From Iphione sp. A-MEVVRFRX5 (Eukaryota): a stretch of 64,000 bases of DNA. The notes under the pieces were generated by a model. That model saw only the letters and a program-made list of their open reading frames with translations, was not told where the DNA came from and did no database searches. Location of the stretch: the NCBI GenBank assembly GCA_976226885.1, contig OZ320321.1, forward strand, positions 21,576,001-21,640,000. Reading direction: 5' to 3'. This document shows, piece after piece, positions 1 through 8,704 of the stretch (within the stretch, counting starts at the first letter, position 1; every line of letters begins with the position of its first letter). The position numbers and the translations under genes were made by a program.

Positions 1-689
1 TCTTGTTGTACCTGAGGACTATGTGTAATTGTGATTTTTTAATTGAAAACTCCACATACTTGGTTGAAAGTTTGTTCTACATTAGAGGATTATGACACAG
101 AAATAGATGGGACCACCTTTAAATCAAGCGCTTATGACAAAATTAACCTTAATTTGTTTATGGCGAGCCTCGACATTCTCAAAGGAATATATACTAATTC
201 TGGTCCCTAGCACCTATTCCTCACCTGTGTGGCAAGGGTATTTATCCATGTGCTGATGGAAGTAAGGCTATAACATAGTTTGACAGAGGTGAAATAGTTC
301 ACCATGCTGTAGCCTTTGTTTTCAAGATAATGTCTCTGTATTGTTACCGAGTAAACGTAATGTCAAGAATTTACTGCTCTTAAGTCTAGGATGAGGTTTT
401 TATAGCACGACATTTTTACAGAGAAACCAGCAGCGGTTTTGAAAATCCTGACACTGTTGCTGGAAAGTAATATATCCCTCTGCAAACATGCACCCCCTTC
501 CGTGTCTCCTTTTAAGACAATGAATATCTCTTAATTAGAGCTATTTGCCAGACAGCTGGTATATCAGTGCTATTTCTTTTTTTTAATAAGCGTGGTAGGA
601 TTGAGTGTGTACCTGGTGGATTATTGTCTCATTGGTAGAAGAGCGATGAACTGTTGACACAACTAGCTTGAACTACTGCTTACCGGGTC

Positions 690-790
690 AATTAACATGT
701 TAGAGCTTCATTTTAGTACGCAGGTCCCTGGAGTCCGTAGCCTCAGATTGCTGTCATATGAAGAAGCCTGACCGTAGTAATTTTAAGAGT
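690..790 (+). mobile_element. Decayed LINE ORF2 C-terminal fragment
   Basis: Translates INMLELHFSTQVPGVRSLRLLSYEEA*, resembling the LE..Q....VPG..LSYEERL region of CR1-type ORF2. Confidence 0.3.
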
Positions 791-1489
791 TCACACATTT
801 TCTCCAAGCTAGAATACTTGTTTGTACACTATGGTAGCTAACATTGTCAATGTACGGAACAGGTTTTGTACGTAGTATGGTGGTGCTATCAATGGAAGAA
901 ACCCTTAAGAGGCTGGTTCCAGCCGGGGAGACTCTTCCATCACAAATGATTGCAAACTGAATTATTACTCGATAATGAGGACTAAGCCTGCGTCCAAACC
1001 AACTTCCCCAACTTATCCTACTTTATTTACAGAATGATATTCCGGGCTGCTGTTATGATGGGGCTGATTCAGCCGACAGCCACCTACTGAATAAGTACGC
1101 AGAATCAGTAATACATACCTTGATACAGCATGCATGGGACTTTATTGAATCCTTCCCTGTTCACTGATCACTTTCTCACTTATATTCACACTCAAGGATG
1201 AGGTATTTGTCTTTACAACCTTTTATACGATCTAACACTCATATAACTTATCAAAAAGGGTTAAACATGCAACAAAAGTATTCATTTTGTAACACCTCAA
1301 CACATCAATGGCTAGCACATTGTTAATAGTGCATGTATTGTCTCTAACGAAATATCACCAAGATACATTTTTACTTCAATGTATAGTTCAACCCCGCATT
1401 GGAGACCAAACTAGGGTACTTAGTGATCTTGGTATCTCCCACGGTTTGGTCATAAAGGAAATCAGCTCAAGTCTAAAAAAGTAATGTTT

Positions 1490-1660
1490 TTGATAATAAG
1501 CTTACAAAACATAGGGTCAATGGGAAGATGCTTGTTACACGCAAATGCATCAGTGAAAGGGTTATTATACACAGTGTACCATGACTCTAGCTTCATTCAC
1601 TCCCGAGATATTGTCAAAACAATGGACCGATCGCCAGGGGTTGAAGGAACGGGTAACGTG
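1490..1660 (+). mobile_element. Decayed RT fragment interrupted by the tail of the intact LINE
   Basis: DNKLTKHRVNGKML (compare KL..YGV.GKML) and a later RQG, in broken frames. Confidence 0.3.
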
Positions 1661-1674
1661 CATGTAACTTTTAC

Positions 1675-1711
1675 TTGAATTGAATTGAATTGAATTGAAT
1701 AAACCTTTATT
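1675..1711 (-). repeat. LINE 3' tail: AATAAA followed by (ATTCA)5
   Basis: The plus strand shows TTGAA x5 at 1675-1699 and TTTATT at 1706-1711. Short tandem-repeat tails are typical of CR1/L2 elements. Confidence 0.8.
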
Positions 1712-2764
1712 AACCAATCTTCGTCGATTCGTACAAAGTTCTCCTGGTCAATCATAAGGGAAGAATAACATTGACAGTAGCACAGAAATTGGACACAAGC
1801 ACAGTCTGGTGGACACCACATGTAATTTGACAGGACATTACAGTTCACACATAGGGACATGCACAACACAACGGATAATGTAACACACAACTATCTATGT
1901 ACATATGACAACTGGCGTTGGACCAAAATTTACATGTTCCTGTACAATTCAGGTCCCACCTATCCGTAGATAGGTACTTTCCTTTAGTTGACTGTGGCAT
2001 CGTGTTGCATAAATTCCAGCATCCAAACAGCTACAGTTGTCCGCTCCGCCATGGTCACCAGTAAGACACATGCTGCATTCAAGAAACATTGAACTGACTA
2101 TTTATGGATGGTGTCAGCTACTACTCTATCTAGCCAGAGTGCGCAGCACCCAAGTTACGTATATCGAAGATTTATTAGAAGTGTTAGGACTCAGAGGCAA
2201 GAGAACTTACATAAGCTTGTGCTATGAGACGAACATCAACAATATCTCCCGCTAGTATAGCACCTCGTACTCGAGATTGGCTTACTCCACTACTATGTTT
2301 GATCCTATAGGAGCAATAGCAATGCATCACATGGAAACCTAGGCTTCCTATCCACATACCACACCATATTGCTGTCACACAGGTGCAAGTTGGGCTTGGC
2401 CCATAGTATTGCGTTTCGTTAATGTCAGACGTATGTATTTTGCTGTGTTTGTCATACTCGCCCCCTTAATTGTGCCAAAATACCCACTCGTGATTTTTAC
2501 CCCAGTAACTGATGTTATGTATATAGCAGATGTTCAACCGGCCCTTATTATGTGGCACTATGAGAAAAATTGTACCGCCCCCGCTTTTATTTGGACTTTA
2601 GCATGTTCTTCACTTGCATACCAGCATACCGCTGACTTCGGTCGTAACATTCCAGTTATTCGTGCAGGTCATCTTTTACTTCTACCATCACCCCTCGTCC
2701 CACACTGATCTTGCCCTGTTTGTGTTGCTGCTCGCTTTCTAGACAATGTTGCACGAATCCTGCC

Positions 2765-5554
2765 CTACTCCACTCCCCAGTCAGCTTCAGCCTTGCATTT
2801 GAGCCACCCCTTTATTCGTGGTTTTGTTGATTCCCTTACGCTCCGCGGTAGAGAGTTCCAAGCAGATACGGCGCCGTAACGTAGGCTCATAATGAACTTC
2901 TGTGACTTGGCCCTGGGGACGCTCACTCTCATTGCCTCTCCTTCACGAGTTCTGGACTTCGAAGCCAGTGGGAGAATCCGCAGATGTGCTAGTCGGTGTA
3001 TCGCAGTAATGGCCCTGATCTCCACAATGGTTGCGACCCGATCAATCGCATACTTTGTTGCTAGGAATTTGGCTGATGTATACTTGTGGCTTTGGATCCC
3101 AACCCTGATGCACCTGTTTAGGTGAATCTGCAGATTTCTTTTGTCGGCTTTTGTGCAGCCGTACAGTAGCGCAGCTCCGTAGTTTAGATGGGTAAGGACC
3201 AATGCCTTGAATAGTCGCGCTCGTACAGCTTGGGTGAGCAGGTGTTTTACTCGGCCCAGCTTTATAGAGGCCGACCACATTTTCGCTTTGATGTCCTTGA
3301 TCTGCTCCTTAAAACGAAGCTTAGAATCTACCGTGTACCCTAGAAGTTTAGCCTTGTCTGATAGGTCCAGTTTGGTTTCATTAATAGTGAGGTCTAAGGG
3401 GGTACCCGCGGCTTTGCCAAGTACCTGGTAGCTACATTTCCCTTCACTGAGTTTGAGTCCCGTTCTATCACACCAGGTTGATATCGTATCAATGGTGTTC
3501 TGGGATGCAGCTCGTAGTCGAAGGAGATCGGGTGCCGCAACAATGACCGTGAGGTCATCAGCATAGAGTGTAGCCTCGCTATAGTCGGGTAGATGTCCGA
3601 TGACGTCATCAATTACAAGCGCAAAGGCGCTAGGGCCAAACACGGAGCCCTGGGGAACCCCATGTTCGACCTTCCTAAGGTGAGAGTCCGTTCCTTTGCA
3701 TCTGACATACTGCATACGATCCTCGAAATAGCTTGCCACCAGTTTGCGTATAGAGGCGTTCGCACCAGCCAATGATAGTCGATGTAATACCATATCACGT
3801 GGAACCAGGTCGAACGCCTTCTTCAAGTCGAAGGCCAGAAGGCTACAGTACCTCCCCGCGTTGAGTAACTCCTGTGCCCGCATTACCAGACTTACAATCG
3901 CAGTCTCAGTACTTCTTCCGGCCCTAAACCCATGTTGTTCAGGGCTGATGAACTTGGCATTCTCCATTTTTTGCATCAACTTGGCGACAAACCAGGATTC
4001 AAAGATCTTGCCCGGTAGTGGCAGGATTGAAACCGGGCGGTAGTTCGATAGTAGTTGTCGATCGCCCTTTTTGAAGATGGGGGTAACCCGGGCGATCTTC
4101 CAGGCTGCCGGGTAGTGACCGGTATCAATTATCCTCCCGTACAGTGCCGATAAGAAATCTAAAAGTAGCAGCATCAGTGGTTTTAGGATTCTAGTTGGAA
4201 TACCCCTGACGCCAGAAGCCTTTGTAGTGCGTTGCTTCAGGACAACTGGTCTCAAAGCTGCCGGACTTGGCGCAGTCAATGCAAATGTTCGTCGCCCTCC
4301 ATGAGTCATCCAGTTCTCAGAAGCTGGTGCTTTTGCTAACTTTGCAACTTCATCCACGAAGTGGTCGTTGAAACTGTCCGCGAGTGACATCTTGCCGTCA
4401 TCATCTACCTCTCCCTCTTCACTCGGCAGCGTCGGTTCGCCTCCTTTGCGGCCAAGTACTGTATTAAACACTCCCCATAACTTAGCCGAATCGTTTCCAG
4501 CACGTCTGACTTCCTCCATCCAGTGCCTATGGTGATTGTCTTTGATAGCCCTTCTCACTTTCCTATCAATGAACTTGTAGATTCTCTTTGAGTCTTCGCA
4601 GCCGTTTACTTTCCATTTGTTGAAGAAGTAGCGACGGTCAGCTATCATCTCGAGCGTCTCCGCATCTAGGTCAGGTCCATTTGTCGTTCTCCTAATGGTA
4701 CGCCATTTTTCCGGACACAATCTGTCCAGTTGTCGTCTGATGTCGTCCTCCAATTCGACCCATGCCCGGTTCGTATCATCTACAATATCCGGTAGGCCAC
4801 CATCACGAAGTGCCTGGTGCAGCTCGTCCAGAATGTTGGAGTCCCATTTTCTGGTCTTGATCTTGATAGCCTTGACCTTCGGGGCTCCTTTCTTGAATTG
4901 CAGAAGGACCGGCAAATGGTCACTCAGGAACTCCTGTTGGGCTGCAACATGGTGGTTGCCTTTGAGGTTCACCCATACATGGTCCAGGCAGTGTTCACTG
5001 TCTACCATCGTTGGGAATGATACTAGCTGAGTCAGACCAAAGCCACTAAAAAGGTCTGTTAAGCTCTGCCCTACCCTCCCTTTCGCCAGGTAATTATAAT
5101 TCATATCCCCTGCAATTATGATGTCGCAGCGACGAAGTTTCCGCAATTTCAGAAGCATATACTCCAGAGCCTTCGATGAATCCGCTAACTTGTCATGTGG
5201 AGGTCTATATACTGCCGTCAGAACAATCGGCCTGCGCTTCCCTGCTTTTATCTTAATGCACAATATCTCACAAAGACTACCCTCCATACTGCAATTCTCC
5301 ACGCTAAGGATATTAAACCCATCCCTTATGTAGACCAGTAAACCACCCCCCCTCCTGCCAAGCGTGGCACACCTATCCTGCCTAACACATTGGAATCCCG
5401 TCATACTGACCTCCCCGTCACTGTGGCTCGAATTTAGCCATGTCTCAGTTAAGACGACGATGTCAACTCTCAGGGACGAGACTACATCTCTAAGTTCAAA
5501 TATCTTTTTTCGTAAGCTACGCATGTTATAAAGAAGTAGCTTCAGAGCCCCCAT
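2765..5554 (-). CDS. LINE ORF2: apurinic-like endonuclease plus reverse transcriptase, 929 aa, no stops or frameshifts
   Basis: APE motifs YNMRSL, DIVVLTETWL, GGGLLVY, VYRPP, IIAGDMN, CLDHVW, SDH. RT motifs YRPVSILP, QHGFRAGRSTETA, FDLKKAFD, GVPQGS, YADD, LLGYTVD. CR1/L2-type C-terminal WNSLP. ATG at 5554. Confidence 0.97.
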   Translation of the reverse strand: MGALKLLLYNMRSLRKKIFELRDVVSSLRVDIVVLTETWLNSSHSDGEVSMTGFQCVRQDRCATLGRRGGGLLVYIRDGFNILSVENCSMEGSLCEILCIKIKAGKRRPIVLTAVYRPPHDKLADSSKALEYMLLKLRKLRRCDIIIAGDMNYNYLAKGRVGQSLTDLFSGFGLTQLVSFPTMVDSEHCLDHVWVNLKGNHHVAAQQEFLSDHLPVLLQFKKGAPKVKAIKIKTRKWDSNILDELHQALRDGGLPDIVDDTNRAWVELEDDIRRQLDRLCPEKWRTIRRTTNGPDLDAETLEMIADRRYFFNKWKVNGCEDSKRIYKFIDRKVRRAIKDNHHRHWMEEVRRAGNDSAKLWGVFNTVLGRKGGEPTLPSEEGEVDDDGKMSLADSFNDHFVDEVAKLAKAPASENWMTHGGRRTFALTAPSPAALRPVVLKQRTTKASGVRGIPTRILKPLMLLLLDFLSALYGRIIDTGHYPAAWKIARVTPIFKKGDRQLLSNYRPVSILPLPGKIFESWFVAKLMQKMENAKFISPEQHGFRAGRSTETAIVSLVMRAQELLNAGRYCSLLAFDLKKAFDLVPRDMVLHRLSLAGANASIRKLVASYFEDRMQYVRCKGTDSHLRKVEHGVPQGSVFGPSAFALVIDDVIGHLPDYSEATLYADDLTVIVAAPDLLRLRAASQNTIDTISTWCDRTGLKLSEGKCSYQVLGKAAGTPLDLTINETKLDLSDKAKLLGYTVDSKLRFKEQIKDIKAKMWSASIKLGRVKHLLTQAVRARLFKALVLTHLNYGAALLYGCTKADKRNLQIHLNRCIRVGIQSHKYTSAKFLATKYAIDRVATIVEIRAITAIHRLAHLRILPLASKSRTREGEAMRVSVPRAKSQKFIMSLRYGAVSAWNSLPRSVRESTKPRIKGWLKCKAEADWGVE

Positions 5555-6261
5555 TATGGTGACCTGTAGTATAGTGCTGTTCAGTCAGTTGATATGTGTA
5601 CTAGGCTCACCACTACCCCGCGTCTGAGCTAACCTGACATGTGCATGACTAGAAATAACACAAACATAAGCATATAAATAACAGCGTATATTCAATCAAT
5701 GGGTCACAAAATAGGTGAGACATTTTATGATCATGACAGGTGCATAGACATGTACTATGTCAAAGAAATAAGACACACTAATTTAGCATACACTAGGAAC
5801 TTCGATGGTATTATATGGGTGTCATCCGGTGGTCAAGAGTGATTTTTACAAGTTAGTAGTGTGTATTATAAATGAGATTATCCCTGATTACATAAGGAAC
5901 TTTTGGAACATAGCAGAAGTCGTTATTATTCAATAGTTGTCTTAATCCACTCATAACGTATCATCATTTTCATGCAAAAATTTGTAATGATATATTACCC
6001 AGGCCAGGACTGCGAATTAGTCAACTAAGCTATGCAGTAGGCCTCATAAGTGAACATTCTTGAATAATGAGGGAGAGTCACATAACCTGTGATTTACCTC
6101 GCACCTCCCCTAAATGCGTGACAGTACAAGTGGCAATAAGTAATTTTGGGCATACTAGTAACGTATTATCAAAGGTCGACGTACATTTCAGAATCGTGTG
6201 TACTGTTAGATCTTACACTATGAGTATACCGTTAATCCTCCAGTGTGTTATCGCTTAATGT

Positions 6262-6999
6262 TCATGCACAGTGTCCATGCTGGTTAGCCTGGCCAGTTTG
6301 GTAAAGACCAGACCTTACCTTGGCGGCAAATGAGATCAAGAAAGCTGTTATCCTTGTCGCCCACGCAGTCGAAACGCTTTCATGAACATGGATTCCACAG
6401 TCAAGCAAAAATTCACCCTGTACTGTGACTGAGCGACCTGCATACTTGTTCACTGGTAAGTCCAGCCGGGGTGGCCACAGATTGATAGGTATGGCATGCA
6501 TATCGCAGAAGATGTTATGTGTAGATACTAGTGCATTCACCACCATCTCCATCTCTGGATCGATGCAGTCCGGCTCGATCCTACCTACGTGGAGACCCGC
6601 GATTGGGCAGCATAGTAGGTATGGACCAGTCCCCATCGGGCCCCGAGCCCAGGCGCTCAGTTTGTTGACGTAGTACTTAAGCGACTCCAGATAGGCACTC
6701 GGTCCACTGTACCTTGGTGACCACTGCCCGAACTCACACTTGATAATTTCTTTGTGGCCTAGCGCTATAACCACCAGATCATAAATGGTTACATCCACAA
6801 ATAGACGACGTTTCCATATACGTTTGTATGTACCCTTCTCAATGTTGAGCACATGAATCATCATAGTTGGTAGATTGCTGTAATTTAACTTCTCCACCGC
6901 TTTCACAACACGGCTGTCCACTATCAGTAGTACTCGGATAACGCGCTCATTGGGATCTGCACCTCCTGACGCGATTGACCATTCTAGGACACAAAGCAA
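6262..6999 (-). CDS. SGNH/GDSL hydrolase (esterase)-like protein, 245 codons, middle ORF of the LINE
   Basis: Block I-like VLLIVDSR (Ser29), block III-like YDLVVIALG, block V-like LDCGIH followed by an AWATRI helix, in the order and spacing expected for SGNH domains. The ORF-track start is TTG. The first in-frame ATG (codon 46) lies after the putative catalytic Ser. Confidence 0.7.
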   Translation of the reverse strand: MLCVLEWSIASGGADPNERVIRVLLIVDSRVVKAVEKLNYSNLPTMMIHVLNIEKGTYKRIWKRRLFVDVTIYDLVVIALGHKEIIKCEFGQWSPRYSGPSAYLESLKYYVNKLSAWARGPMGTGPYLLCCPIAGLHVGRIEPDCIDPEMEMVVNALVSTHNIFCDMHAIPINLWPPRLDLPVNKYAGRSVTVQGEFLLDCGIHVHESVSTAWATRITAFLISFAAKVRSGLYQTGQANQHGHCA

Positions 7000-7340
7000 A
7001 ATGGCATTTCAAAAACAGCGCAGCAACATAAGTTGTCAGCTCATACGATATGACTAAATGAGTTTAATGAGAAAAATTTTCCCTTGTCGGTGTTATCCAC
7101 TATTACCTTACAACAATCATCTATTTCAGTTATAACATATGATTTGGACATTACTTACAGCTTTTCTGTGACCGCGCAATACTTCATACGATTTCATTAA
7201 ATCAAAATCTTAACAGTCCTGACAATCTCGAAACAACCACGCAGAACATGTGTAAACCATGACACCACCTTTCTCGATATTGATTTGTACACTTCTTTAC
7301 CAACCACACGGAGACCCCTCTCAATGTTGATAGCGAATTA

Positions 7341-8513
7341 CTACGTAGAATCACGTATTTTCATTAGCACCCTTCCTAACATGTTACTCCCGCTGTGTGT
7401 AACCGGTTCCGACCAGTCACCCGATATAGCCTTCCCTGAGCCTAAAGTCGCATCTCTGTCAGCATAGATTAACTCTTTCGGAGAAGTTTCTTTTAACATA
7501 GACAAGCATTCTGGCGAGTACCGGAATTTAGCACGATAAATTGATTCAAGTGTTACCTCTGCACTCTGATCCCATTCTGTGTTTGTTGCAATTTTACTAC
7601 CCACTCGTCTTGCCTCTACACCGTATCTTGCCTTCTCAATGGCCTTGACACTGACACCATCCTCACAAATACGCGACTTGCAACACTGATACGCCATTTC
7701 AACCGAATCGTAAACAATACCCTCGTAAACCATCGGCAGATATTCCATAGGGTTTAGTGCCGGTGTGTCATTGGCAAAAATTAATTTTTCGCCTCGGTCC
7801 AACGTGGAGTTGAGAGCCGGATTAATGTCGTCCGGCAGGAAATCCTCCTCGGATGGTCCGTAGTGGACTCCGTCAACAACCACATCGATCCCTTTGACAA
7901 TCGCGCGTTTTCCCTTGCCTTTGGCGATGGCCGCGATCCTTGCTTGCCTCCTATGTTGGTCAGCTGATCTTGTAGGGATGTCCTCGCGGAGAAACACATT
8001 CCTGTATCGTGGCATTCCTCCCATCTTCGACCGGTTTCTCAGTAGAGTATTCCTCAAGTACTCAGAGTGCATGGCTACTCCAATCCTGTGTTTGTTGGCC
8101 GCATCCCCAAGCCGGAATACTTCCATCACGCTGTCACGTCTTAGACCCGCGACCTCCCAGATCATTCGCAGAACAAACTGCCAGGGATCCTCAGTAGCTT
8201 GTGAACTGACTCCCTCTAGAATCACAATGTGTGATCTGGAGGCAATTTCCATTCTGGATAAATCCTCGTCGAGACGGGTGCTCTTTATTTCAACGCTAGA
8301 CAACCGTGCATCGATAGCGTCAACCTTCGCTGTCAGGCCTCGCTGCAGTGTGGGCTCCGCCGATAATGCTTCCAATGTCTCCTTTAGAGCAGTATTCTCG
8401 GCGCGCAGATTAGCCACAGTAGCTTTTAGGCCGGCAATTTCTTGTTCCGTAGACATTTTCAGCTCTTCAACCAGTCTCAGGATCGCCGCTGTCCCCGTCA
8501 GCTTACCTGGCAC
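7341..8513 (-). CDS. LINE ORF1: coiled coil + L1/Tnp22-like RRM-CTD + C-terminal NADAR (YbiA-like) domain
   Basis: Heptad-rich aa 11-92. RSHIVILEGV, FRLG and NVFLREDIP resemble L1-type ORF1p RRM/CTD. aa 244-388 carry the NADAR motif series (SVEMAYQCCK, EARRVG, WDQ, RAKF, LKETSPKELI, DATLGSG, GSNMLGRVLMKIR). The ORF-track start is GTG 8513; the first ATG is 8456. Confidence 0.92.
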   Translation of the reverse strand: MPGKLTGTAAILRLVEELKMSTEQEIAGLKATVANLRAENTALKETLEALSAEPTLQRGLTAKVDAIDARLSSVEIKSTRLDEDLSRMEIASRSHIVILEGVSSQATEDPWQFVLRMIWEVAGLRRDSVMEVFRLGDAANKHRIGVAMHSEYLRNTLLRNRSKMGGMPRYRNVFLREDIPTRSADQHRRQARIAAIAKGKGKRAIVKGIDVVVDGVHYGPSEEDFLPDDINPALNSTLDRGEKLIFANDTPALNPMEYLPMVYEGIVYDSVEMAYQCCKSRICEDGVSVKAIEKARYGVEARRVGSKIATNTEWDQSAEVTLESIYRAKFRYSPECLSMLKETSPKELIYADRDATLGSGKAISGDWSEPVTHSGSNMLGRVLMKIRDST

Positions 8514-8537
8514 ATTGTCCCAATTTTAAGCAATCTG

Positions 8538-8575
8538 AATGGGAATTTGATTGGTTGATTCCCATTATGACGTCA
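8538..8575. promoter_or_regulatory. CCAAT box inside a 9-bp inverted repeat, plus a CRE palindrome, just upstream of ORF1
   Basis: AATGGGAAT (8538-8546) and ATTCCCATT (8558-8566) flank TTGATTGGTTG; TGACGTCA at 8568-8575. Function is unproven. Confidence 0.35.
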
Positions 8576-8677
8576 CAAACGATAAAAATGTATTGCTAGT
8601 ACCATTTTTTTACTGCTGGCGATCAGTCCATTGTTGTAAAAAGGGTTAAATTAGTGCAAAAGTTAGAAGCGATAGGA

Positions 8678-8704
8678 TAACCGGAAACAGATTATTTTTA
8701 GGCC
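8678..8704. mobile_element. Solo terminal-inverted-repeat remnant related to the 38775-39110 MITE
   Basis: TAACCGGAAACAGATTATTTTTAGGCC resembles the right TIR GTTACCGGAAACACAGAACTTTTTTTTAGGCC. Confidence 0.4.

Larger units (their letters stand above)
1675..8520 (-). mobile_element. Apparently intact three-ORF non-LTR retrotransposon (LINE, CR1/L2 group of the Jockey superfamily); 5' boundary uncertain
   Basis: Three co-oriented uninterrupted ORFs (7341-8513, 6262-6999, 2765-5554), AATAAA at 1706-1711 and an (ATTCA)5 tail at 1675-1699 on the minus strand. No convincing target-site duplication was found. Confidence 0.9.

Noticed and set aside
1254-1263. AAAGGG-TTAA piggyBac-like ends (also 8640-8649 and about 60750)
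   Set aside because: No matching left TIR identified with confidence.
1663-1674. Candidate target-site duplications (TTTTAC near 8607; TGTAACTTTT near 11098)
   Set aside because: The first is too short to be meaningful. The second lies inside a contiguous older LINE remnant.
7894-8529. 211-aa plus-strand ORF and other ORFs overlapping the LINE (2892-3431, 3593-4043, 4695-5333, 6425-6673, 7781-7999)
   Set aside because: Antisense or alternate-frame shadows of GC-rich real ORFs, with no recognisable motifs.
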